This document shows positions 56,317-63,885 of a stretch of 64,000 bases of DNA, in pieces (position 1 is the first letter of the stretch; every line of letters starts with the position of its first letter). Source of the DNA: a virus (lineage: Duplodnaviria; Caudoviricetes). The translations under genes were made by a program, and so were the position numbers. The DNA is taken from IMG/VR virus record IMGVR_UViG_3300043414_000372, positions 64,001-128,000 of that record; one strand, written 5' to 3'. The notes below the pieces were generated by a model. The model worked only from the letters and a program-made list of their open reading frames with translations. It did no database searches and was not told where the DNA came from.

Positions 56317-57423
56317 TCAATTACCTGCGTCTACAATGTACTTGCCGTACTTTTTGTGAAATTCATCAAAGTGTTTCAATTGACTAGGTTCAATCGGCAA
56401 CTTGTAAGTCTTAAGTGCAATCTTAGCACCCATCACAACCAATTCTGTTTCAAAGTTAGCCATGATGTATGTGAAGAAATTGTCAGCCATTTCGTGAAAC
56501 TTTTTGTTGTTCACTTTTTGTACTTCCAATGCATCCTTCAACTCATAGCACATTGAAATTGTCAATGAATACATTGCCGAAATTTCTTTCACAGACAATG
56601 TAGTTACTTTGCCAGAAAGAATATCTGCTGGGTCGGGCATTTTGCCTGATGTTTTACGATGGGCTGCAAACTTAACTGCGAGACCTTCACCAACACTACC
56701 TGCAATCAGATTGAACAATGTATCAGTATCAGTATCTGCCTCGTCATCTAGCAAGTCAGAAACAAAGCACCATGTGCGGGGTGTAGCGAATGCACGGCTT
56801 GAACTTTTGCTATCAAAATCGTACAAGTCTTGTTTAGCAAACGACAAGTAACCAACCACATCCTTGTGAATGCCTTTGTTCACTGCCCAGTTTTGCCATG
56901 CAGTAAAGTCAGGGCGCATTTCCAAGTGCAAGAAACGATTAGCAAGGGGCATCGGCATACGATAAGTAACACCTTTGTCAGATTCACGATTACCTGCCGC
57001 AACGATAACAACGTTATCAGGCAAGACATACTTACCTACACGGCGATTAAGAATTAGTTGATAGCCAGCAGCCTGTACTGCGGGTGATGCGCTATTCATT
57101 TCATCTAAGAAAAGAACAACGATAGGATATTGTGATGCAAGGTCCTCGTCAGGCAAGTCTACGGGAGACGCCCAATCCATCTTGTTGAGGTCTTTGTTGA
57201 AATATGGGATACCACGAATGTCAGTAGGCTCCATCTGTGCCATACGCAAGTCAATCATATGACCGCCAAGTTCAGCAGTTACTTCTGCTACAACTTCTGA
57301 TTTACCGATACCGGGAGGGCCCCAGAGAAAGAGTGGGCGCTTAGATTTGAATGCTTTCAGCATAGCCTTGCGGGCTTGTACTGAGGTAACTGTGAGATTG
57401 TCGCTAACTACTGAATATGCCAT
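56317..57423 (-). CDS. MoxR-like AAA+ ATPase
   Basis: WGPPGIGKS, DIRGIP, LFLDEMN, AAGNR, LANRF. Confidence 0.88.
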   Translation of the reverse strand: MAYSVVSDNLTVTSVQARKAMLKAFKSKRPLFLWGPPGIGKSEVVAEVTAELGGHMIDLRMAQMEPTDIRGIPYFNKDLNKMDWASPVDLPDEDLASQYPIVVLFLDEMNSASPAVQAAGYQLILNRRVGKYVLPDNVVIVAAGNRESDKGVTYRMPMPLANRFLHLEMRPDFTAWQNWAVNKGIHKDVVGYLSFAKQDLYDFDSKSSSRAFATPRTWCFVSDLLDDEADTDTDTLFNLIAGSVGEGLAVKFAAHRKTSGKMPDPADILSGKVTTLSVKEISAMYSLTISMCYELKDALEVQKVNNKKFHEMADNFFTYIMANFETELVVMGAKIALKTYKLPIEPSQLKHFDEFHKKYGKYIVDAGN

Positions 57424-57469
57424 TTTGTTTCCTTTAAGATATTTACTAACACTAACAAACTAAAAACAT

Positions 57470-57498
57470 AGTATAACAGAGACCTGATTTATCGTCAA
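57470..57498 (-). promoter_or_regulatory. Early promoter cassette i (TTGACG-17-TATACT)
   Basis: TTGACGATAAATCAGGTCTCTGTTATACT. Confidence 0.65.
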
Positions 57499-57815
57499 GT
57501 AATTTGCTGTACAATTTGGGCATATATATCTGCCTTGCTCATGTAATACGCATAATTTTCATCCTTTGGATGAAAATTACGCCATTGATTGGCCCGCGTA
57601 TTACGAAGGATATCATCCTTTAAGGAATTTTCCTTGTAATATGCAATGAACCCATTTTTATCATAATGAGCAATAAACCCGCTACATACATTAATATATT
57701 TGTATGCAGTTTCGTTTAATAGTCTAATGCTACCCACTGCCTTAACAATGTTAGCAACGATCATTTCCTTTTGTTTATCGGTGTAGGGTGCTAGTGCCAT
57801 ACTTACATGCTCCAA
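57495..57815 (-). CDS. Hypothetical early protein
   Basis: ORF overlapping upstream gene end. Confidence 0.65.
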   Translation of the reverse strand: MEHVSMALAPYTDKQKEMIVANIVKAVGSIRLLNETAYKYINVCSGFIAHYDKNGFIAYYKENSLKDDILRNTRANQWRNFHPKDENYAYYMSKADIYAQIVQQIT

Positions 57816-58081
57816 AAAGTTTCGCTAGCAGGTGAGCAGCACAGGGGAGTGTTAACATCTTCCTGATATTCAATCCCACTCAACAAGTTCTTGCGAGTTA
57901 CCATGCGCGGTTGATAAGTTTTGGTATCAACGATACTTAGTTCACCGGCAGACCAACCTGACTTGTTACACAGACGGGTCCGGGTCGCACGGGCAGACGC
58001 AAACGTTTTGTAAGTCTGGGTACGATTTTTGCCGTCTGAAACGATAAGTCCAGTGCCCCGAGCGATAACATAATAAGCCAT
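57803..58081 (-). CDS. Hypothetical early protein
   Basis: AAGGA RBS behind cassette j. Confidence 0.7.
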   Translation of the reverse strand: MAYYVIARGTGLIVSDGKNRTQTYKTFASARATRTRLCNKSGWSAGELSIVDTKTYQPRMVTRKNLLSGIEYQEDVNTPLCCSPASETFWSM

Positions 58082-58114
58082 TTTCTAGTCCTTTATCTAA
58101 CTGTCTAAGTCTAT

Positions 58115-58143
58115 ATTATAGACCCAAATCCATTTAATGTCAA
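58115..58143 (-). promoter_or_regulatory. Early promoter cassette j
   Basis: TTGACATTAAATGGATTTGGGTCTATAAT. Confidence 0.8.
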
Positions 58144-58397
58144 GCGAATTCGTAGAATTTCACTTTAGGATCCAGTTTTTTTAGTTCTTTTGCTGCTTTT
58201 GACAAGGAATTGTACTTTACGTTGACCTGACTACGGGACAATTCACCGTCACAAGTCAAGTTTTCAGGGCTGAGGTCACTGTCCAAACAATTAGCGACTT
58301 CCTGACGACCTTCGGCAGTTTGTATCTCATATTGCTTACCCTTAAAGATACTGTTCCAACGATTTTTCTGGTCTATGTATTTTTGCAATGCTGACAT
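58140..58397 (-). CDS. Hypothetical early protein
   Basis: GGAG RBS behind cassette k. Confidence 0.7.
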   Translation of the reverse strand: MSALQKYIDQKNRWNSIFKGKQYEIQTAEGRQEVANCLDSDLSPENLTCDGELSRSQVNVKYNSLSKAAKELKKLDPKVKFYEFA

Positions 58398-58430
58398 AAA
58401 TAACTCCGTTTGTTAACTGTTTAAGTCTCT

Positions 58431-58459
58431 ATTATAGACCCAAAACCATTTAATGTCAA
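58431..58459 (-). promoter_or_regulatory. Early promoter cassette k
   Basis: TTGACATTAAATGGTTTTGGGTCTATAAT, identical core to cassettes f and h. Confidence 0.85.
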
Positions 58460-58488
58460 CCTCGGAATTGCTTAATTTTTGAGCAATT

Positions 58489-59349
58489 TTAGATCATTTT
58501 TACTTTGTAGCCGTTCTCTATAAACCAATTTACAACATGATGTTCGCCGCCAATACCAACTGTATGTTTTTTGAAATGAACCTCATTGAGTGTAGCCAAT
58601 TTTCTAGTTGGGCCATGATGTCCCAGAGCATTATTAAGTGCTACATCAAATCCTTCAGTATGTAATGCAGGGAACAAATATTCTATACTAAAAGATTTTG
58701 CTACTTCAAGTGGCGCAAAACTATACCCAATCTTTTCTAATTTTGGTTTGAATAATGCAGTAAGATGTACATCCTCATTCCAAATTGGTTTCCAGGGTTT
58801 ATCGGTTCCATCGGGTTGTTTCATTGGAATAGATTCTACTCCCCAATGTGGTAATCCATGATTATTACAAGATTCTAAAAATCTTTTAGAACGTAAACTA
58901 AAACCACCATTCTGCACTATATGTAAATTTTCAACGTCAGCAAACTCAGGTTCAGTCCATCTAAAGTTAAGATAGATACCTGTTATTTCTGATTTCTCAT
59001 TTAATGTCAATGCACAATGTCCCGGGGATCCAATATAATCATAATTATAAAATTCAGGTTTAAAGTTTTTTCCATTTAATACCCATCCGTCATCTTGCAC
59101 AACTAAACAATATTCAGTTTCAATAAATGCATATAATGAATGCATCATAAAAACACTGTAACGATTATAGTTGAAGGGGTAAATATGTTTCCATTCAATT
59201 TCTTCAGGCAAGTCATCTGGTTTAATTACTGATAGTAGCAATCCACGACTACCCGGCAATTCAGTCATGCTTTTTACTATTGATGGTATTGCACTTGCTC
59301 CATTGTTGTGTCCGTATACGGCAACGATTGTTAATTCTGAATGATTCAT
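58489..59349 (-). CDS. DUF5672-like protein (glycosyltransferase-like fold suspected)
   Basis: LVVQDDGWVLN, YDYIG, NGGFSLRSKRFL, NEDV, FSIE, GHH motifs. Confidence 0.7.
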   Translation of the reverse strand: MNHSELTIVAVYGHNNGASAIPSIVKSMTELPGSRGLLLSVIKPDDLPEEIEWKHIYPFNYNRYSVFMMHSLYAFIETEYCLVVQDDGWVLNGKNFKPEFYNYDYIGSPGHCALTLNEKSEITGIYLNFRWTEPEFADVENLHIVQNGGFSLRSKRFLESCNNHGLPHWGVESIPMKQPDGTDKPWKPIWNEDVHLTALFKPKLEKIGYSFAPLEVAKSFSIEYLFPALHTEGFDVALNNALGHHGPTRKLATLNEVHFKKHTVGIGGEHHVVNWFIENGYKVKMI

Positions 59350-59600
59350 TTCATAAGTAAACCCATTAGAATTAATTTCTCTAAATGGTCTATTGCTTTG
59401 TTAATTTTTTCTAATGGTTCTTTAGTAAAGTTATCAGTATGCAATCTACGCCCATTTACTTCTAGTTTACTTAATTCTGATACCATAGTGTTGATGTTAT
59501 TAAACATCCGTTTTAAGTCCGGATTGTAACCAATGTTATTCAAATCAGTGCGTATTTTACTAGACACCTCTTGCCAATCCAAAGCCTTTTCTATTCTCAT
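59346..59600 (-). CDS. Hypothetical protein, leaderless early gene
   Basis: TTGACA-17-TATAAT (59607-59635) 6 nt before the ATG. Confidence 0.7.
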   Translation of the reverse strand: MRIEKALDWQEVSSKIRTDLNNIGYNPDLKRMFNNINTMVSELSKLEVNGRRLHTDNFTKEPLEKINKAIDHLEKLILMGLLMK

Positions 59601-59660
59601 AATAACATTATACTGTCCTGAGATATTTATGTCAAGTGTTTTCCCCTAACATAAATAGTT

Positions 59661-60308
59661 GTGATGAAACCCACAATCGCATTATTTCTATACGACCCAA
59701 AATGTTCCGTACAATCTGGAAATGGGATGATGAGGGCTTTGAGTGAATATTACAACTTCAAAATCTTTAGCAAGAACAAATTGGAATATGATTTCTTTGA
59801 TGATGTGGACATGATTGCCGTTCCCGGTGGAATTGGTGATAGTGATACATTCAAACAACTATTCAAAAACAATGGGAAACGGGTAACTGACTTCATACAT
59901 AATGGCGGTAGATATTTGGGTATCTGTATGGGAGCATATTGGGCAGGTAGTTATTATCTAGATGTATTGGATGAGGTTGATGCTGTTCAATATATTAAAC
60001 AACCCGGAACTGACACACGTAGACCACATGCTAAAAATTTACCAATAACATGGAAAGATGAACGCATGAATATGTTCTTCTATGATGGTTGTGCATTGGT
60101 TGGTAATAGACACAAATTCAAAACAATTGCTACATACGCCAACGGCGATCCAATGGCAATATATCAAAAACGCATAGGACTAATTGGTTGTCATCCTGAA
60201 TCAGAACCATTTTGGTATGATAGCTATAGTTATATGCGTGACAAATGGCACGGCGGTAGACACCATGAGTTGTTGTTAGATTTCACTAACGACTTAATGA
60301 AACGTTAA
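59661..60308 (+). CDS. Biotin-protein-ligase N-terminal (BPL_N) / class I glutamine amidotransferase-like protein
   Basis: VPGG, GGRYLGICMGAY nucleophile elbow, IGCHPE. Confidence 0.8.
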   Translation: MMKPTIALFLYDPKCSVQSGNGMMRALSEYYNFKIFSKNKLEYDFFDDVDMIAVPGGIGDSDTFKQLFKNNGKRVTDFIHNGGRYLGICMGAYWAGSYYLDVLDEVDAVQYIKQPGTDTRRPHAKNLPITWKDERMNMFFYDGCALVGNRHKFKTIATYANGDPMAIYQKRIGLIGCHPESEPFWYDSYSYMRDKWHGGRHHELLLDFTNDLMKR

Positions 60309-61015
60309 TTCCAATATTTGGACGAGTCTAAACTGTCCCAGTACTTCTTATTGTTGCGATTGACAAAGTTCTTAACTAGATACTTAGCCATTCCCATATA
60401 ACCCATCTTCTTAAATCTACGACTGTCTTGTCCAAAGTGATGTTTTACGATTCTAAACTTCTTAGGACTATATTTCCTAGACAAGAAATAGTCCTCTGAC
60501 GTTGAAAACTGTTCCGGGAATCCACCATACTCATCAAACTTATCTTTCCTAGTTAGCATAAATGCTCCAACCGCAAAGGGTGAGAAATATTTCAATGTGT
60601 GATTTATAGTGTTAAAAATAGTAAACCCAAACTTTGCTCTTATGTCATTGTCATAGCACTTGATGTTCAATCCAACAAGATCAAGGTTCATTGATTCAAT
60701 TTTATTGACAGCATCATGGATCACATCGTATTTAAAAAAACGAACATCAGCGTCAATGAATAAGATGTAGGGAGTAGTAACTAATCTTGCTCCATTGTTC
60801 TTGGCCACTGAAACAGGTCCTCCCTCAATGATCTCAACATTCAATTCAAAACTGGTATCACGTATAACTTGTCTGGTGTTATCCGTAGAGCAATCAGCAA
60901 TAATGACTCTAGTATCACCTATGTTTTGTGAACGTAATGAATCTAATAGATGATGAATATAATCTTCTTCATTCTTACAGGGTACAACTATAGTAATTTT
61001 ATCACTTAATTTCAT
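60305..61015 (-). CDS. Glycosyltransferase family 2
   Basis: IVVPCKNEE, IIAD..STD, LFIDAD (DxD), FDEYGGF, SEDY. Confidence 0.88.
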   Translation of the reverse strand: MKLSDKITIVVPCKNEEDYIHHLLDSLRSQNIGDTRVIIADCSTDNTRQVIRDTSFELNVEIIEGGPVSVAKNNGARLVTTPYILFIDADVRFFKYDVIHDAVNKIESMNLDLVGLNIKCYDNDIRAKFGFTIFNTINHTLKYFSPFAVGAFMLTRKDKFDEYGGFPEQFSTSEDYFLSRKYSPKKFRIVKHHFGQDSRRFKKMGYMGMAKYLVKNFVNRNNKKYWDSLDSSKYWN

Positions 61016-61763
61016 TGTCCTTCTCCTTAGTCCAAGTAACTATTTCCCAACGACCGTCCCAATGTTCTACAAGTGCTGTACAGGATTCAACCCAGTCACC
61101 ATCATTCATGTATTTAATACCATCAATGTCTTTAATCTCTGCATGGTGAATGTGTCCACAGATAACACCATCAAACCCACGTTTTTTACAATAGGTTGCG
61201 AGATTTTTTTCAAAGTGGAATATGAAGTCTACCGCTTTCTTTACTCTTGCTTTGAGATATTTACTAAGACTAAAATACCCAAAACCCATGCGATGGCGTA
61301 GCCAATTGAATTTGCTATTAACTGATAAAATGACATCATATGCTTTGTCTCCTAAAAATGCTATCCAAGGTGCCAATCTAGTTATACCGTCAAACATATC
61401 TCCGTGTACTACAAGATAATGTTTGCCGTCTGCACCTATATGTTCTATTTGATTATGTATCTCAATGAGTCCAAAACTGAACCCATAGGGTATCATGGGC
61501 CGCAAGAATTCGTCATGATTTCCTGCAATATACACGACACGAGTGCCACGTTTAGCATGACCGAGAACACGACGGACCACATTAGTGTGGCTTTGTTTCC
61601 ATCTCCATTTGTTTTGTTGAATTCTCCAGGCATCAATTATATCTCCTATTAAGTATAATGTATCACATGAATTGTGTTTCAAAAAGTTATTTAATTTTTC
61701 AGCTTGACTATCTTTTGTACCCAAATGAACATCGGATACAAATATTGATCGGTAAGTTTTCAT
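61002..61763 (-). CDS. UDP-2,3-diacylglucosamine hydrolase-like metallophosphoesterase (LpxH-like)
   Basis: SDVHLG, GDIID, GNHD, HGD, GHIH, NDGDWVES. Confidence 0.88.
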   Translation of the reverse strand: MKTYRSIFVSDVHLGTKDSQAEKLNNFLKHNSCDTLYLIGDIIDAWRIQQNKWRWKQSHTNVVRRVLGHAKRGTRVVYIAGNHDEFLRPMIPYGFSFGLIEIHNQIEHIGADGKHYLVVHGDMFDGITRLAPWIAFLGDKAYDVILSVNSKFNWLRHRMGFGYFSLSKYLKARVKKAVDFIFHFEKNLATYCKKRGFDGVICGHIHHAEIKDIDGIKYMNDGDWVESCTALVEHWDGRWEIVTWTKEKDNEIK

Positions 61764-61912
61764 ACATTGTTGTTCTCACTCTTATTGTTATAATAAAAAA
61801 GAGCCTTGCGGCCCTTAGTACTGGTTACGAGTTCCAGCTTCCGCTCAATCTTGCGGTCGGTTATTTGTATTGTATTTAGTGTCTTGCATATGACAATAAT
61901 ATGACATATGGT

Positions 61913-61933
61913 TAAAGGGGCAGTGCCCCTTTA
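61913..61933 (-). terminator. Terminator after porin
   Basis: AAAGGGGC-ACT-GCCCCTTT. Confidence 0.6.
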
Positions 61934-61955
61934 TAATCAATGTGATTAGATTGGA

Positions 61956-62840
61956 TTAGAAATTGTGTTCCATACCCAATGCATACTTAGTAGTTGTTGC
62001 TGTTGCATCTTCTTTGATGTAACGAGCATGAACTGTTGTACGCTTGCTTAAACTATAGCTTGCGCCTAAGTCTAATGCTTTAGTAGTATTGTTCTCGCCA
62101 TAGCTAGCAAGTGCCATCAATGCTGAAGATACTGGTTGATTAACACCAATACTTTTACCAGTTGAAGTTACGCCTGCAACTTTGTCATCAGAATAAGTAG
62201 CGAAAACAGTTGTACCTGTTTTTTCAACCTTAACTCTTGCACCATAGATTGTTGAAGTACTTGTTGTACCGTTATCAAAACTTGCTACAGTAGCACTGAT
62301 TGGACCACGAGTAAATTCAATACTAGCAGCTTGCGGGTTATTAACGCCTGCTACTTCGCTATTGCTATTGATGTAGTTAACAGTTAAACCAGCCATTGGA
62401 GTAGCTGAAACGAACAACGCATTACTGAAACGTGAACCTTGAGCAGCGTGAATGACTGCGGTACTAGAACCGTATACATTACTCATTGCGTCATAGTTAT
62501 CAAGTGTACGTGCGATTGTGTGCTTGTCACGACCAACATTAACTGAACCTAAACTGTTTGACAAACCTACAATCATAGTTCTGTCGCCCAATGTAGTTGC
62601 TGCTGGAGCATCTGCACCGATACCAGTTTCAATTGTGAAGTTAGCAGATAGTCCGCCACCTAATGCTTCAGTACCTTTAAAACCCAAACGACTTGTATCG
62701 TTAGTGAGTGCTGTTACTGCTGACGCAGATCCAACTGTTACTGATTCTTCATACACACGCATTTTACCGTAAACGGCTACTTGTGCTGATGCTGCAAAAG
62801 ATACAGCGGCTAAAATTGTCGCAAGTGCGATTTTCTTCAT
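61956..62840 (-). CDS. Gram-negative outer-membrane porin (betaproteobacterial type)
   Basis: Signal peptide MKKIALATILAAVSFAASAQ, SRLGFKGTEALGGGLSA..T.E.G, amphipathic strands, YSLSKRT, C-terminal GMEHNF. Confidence 0.9.
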   Translation of the reverse strand: MKKIALATILAAVSFAASAQVAVYGKMRVYEESVTVGSASAVTALTNDTSRLGFKGTEALGGGLSANFTIETGIGADAPAATTLGDRTMIVGLSNSLGSVNVGRDKHTIARTLDNYDAMSNVYGSSTAVIHAAQGSRFSNALFVSATPMAGLTVNYINSNSEVAGVNNPQAASIEFTRGPISATVASFDNGTTSTSTIYGARVKVEKTGTTVFATYSDDKVAGVTSTGKSIGVNQPVSSALMALASYGENNTTKALDLGASYSLSKRTTVHARYIKEDATATTTKYALGMEHNF

Positions 62841-62972
62841 ATTAAATTTCCTTTAAAAAAAACCTGATTGCTCAGGCTAGATTAATATTTAGCGGGAGAA
62901 ATACAGTCAAATAAATTATGTATTCTCGCAAAGTAAGTATACTGATTGCGTAATGTATGCTAGTTGATAAAG

Positions 62973-62996
62973 GAAAAGACACCGAAGTGTCTTTTC
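62973..62996 (-). terminator. Terminator of tmRNA transcript
   Basis: GAAAAGACAC-TTCG-GTGTCTTTTC perfect 10 bp stem with cUUCGg loop. Confidence 0.75.
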
Positions 62997-63157
62997 TGGT
63001 TGTTTCTTTTATACAGTAAGTCCTACTGCACCTTAGCCTTAAGCGGCTAAAGAATATAACTCATCGTTTGCAGTTATTGATTTTATGCGATTAACGGTCG
63101 TCATCTACCGAGTTGCCGTCGCTGACTATTTGCCCAATCGATTACCAGAGCAGGCCC
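62997..63157 (-). ncRNA. ssrA: Two-piece (permuted) tmRNA, coding piece
   Basis: 5' end GGGCCTG at 63157 pairs with CAGGTCC-ACCA including G3-U70; tag frame 63071-63039 = ANDELYSLAA-stop; stop codon in the loop of TTAGCC/GGCTAA; 3' boundary approximate. Confidence 0.88.
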
Positions 63158-63240
63158 ATCATAAACACATAACAAGGGTTCCAGTTACGTCATTCTGTTT
63201 ACCACCGTCAAATGACGATACTGCACGGTCTATGTGTTTA

Positions 63241-63305
63241 TGGTGGACCTGGCCGGATTCGAACCGGCGTCTTGAACACATCCTCTTTGAAGGAATTACA
63301 ACTAT
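63241..63305 (-). ncRNA. ssrA: Two-piece (permuted) tmRNA, acceptor piece
   Basis: GTTCAAGAC-GCCGG-TTCGAAT-CCGGC-CAGGTCC-ACCA T-arm and encoded CCA, located upstream of the coding piece; 5' boundary approximate. Confidence 0.88.
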
Positions 63306-63310
63306 CTTTT

Positions 63311-63318
63311 TATTTATC
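63311..63318 (-). promoter_or_regulatory. Late promoter (GATAAATA) upstream of tmRNA
   Basis: Motif overlaps the stop of the upstream ORF, just before the acceptor piece. Confidence 0.55.
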
Positions 63319-63643
63319 GTTGATAGCAATTACGCTCACGGTAAATTTGACCATCAGGTTGTTGAATCTCTTTCCAAGAAGTACAAACTGTTTGCGGTTG
63401 CTGAATAATAACTTGCTCACGTTGAACAACAACTGGTTGTTGATTGGCATTAGCAATTGCTGCTCCTGCAATTCCGCCGATGATTAATGGGGCTATCCAA
63501 TCATTACGTTCAACAATAACTGTGCGAGGTTCCCAACGAGGTCCGCAATTGTGATGACGATGATCTATTCCCCAACGACAATCTTGGGCAAAAGCCATGG
63601 TACTGACCATTAATGTTACTGCAACCAAAAGTAATTTTTTCAT
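63314..63643 (-). CDS. Exported/membrane protein with glycine-zipper-like segment
   Basis: Signal peptide MKKLLLVAVTLMVSTMAFA; APLIIGGIAGAAIA; AGGAG RBS. Confidence 0.7.
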   Translation of the reverse strand: MKKLLLVAVTLMVSTMAFAQDCRWGIDHRHHNCGPRWEPRTVIVERNDWIAPLIIGGIAGAAIANANQQPVVVQREQVIIQQPQTVCTSWKEIQQPDGQIYRERNCYQR

Positions 63644-63693
63644 ATTTTATCTCCTATACATATATAACGTGCTAGATATGTATTTAGTTGACA

Positions 63694-63885
63694 TTATTGG
63701 ACAACTAGGTGTCCAGTAGCATACATGATTGCCATAACTGGACCAGCAATGTGTTCGCCAATTTCATATAGTGCCCATACTGTTAATGCGACTGCCCACC
63801 ATGGATTGGTTTCGGCTTTGTGCCCTAACCACATAAAGAATTTGGCATGTGCTTGCCCAATTTTGTTTGCGAGTTTAACTATCAT
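63694..63885 (-). CDS. Small membrane protein
   Basis: Hydrophobic WWAVALTVWALYEIGEHIAGPVMAIMYA. Confidence 0.6.
   Translation of the reverse strand: MIVKLANKIGQAHAKFFMWLGHKAETNPWWAVALTVWALYEIGEHIAGPVMAIMYATGHLVVQ

Noticed and set aside
63158-63240. Theta/HDV-like ribozyme after the CCA end
   Set aside because: I could not thread the HDV P1-P2-P3-P1.1-P4 topology with a paired G1; kept only as an unassigned structured spacer.
63241-63280. A tRNA gene
   Set aside because: Has a T-arm and CCA but no upstream D-arm, anticodon arm or matching 5' strand; its partner strand lies downstream, as in permuted tmRNA.
63085-63487. Plus-strand ORFs 63085-63408 and 63212-63487
   Set aside because: Overlap the tmRNA on the opposite strand with no recognisable protein features.
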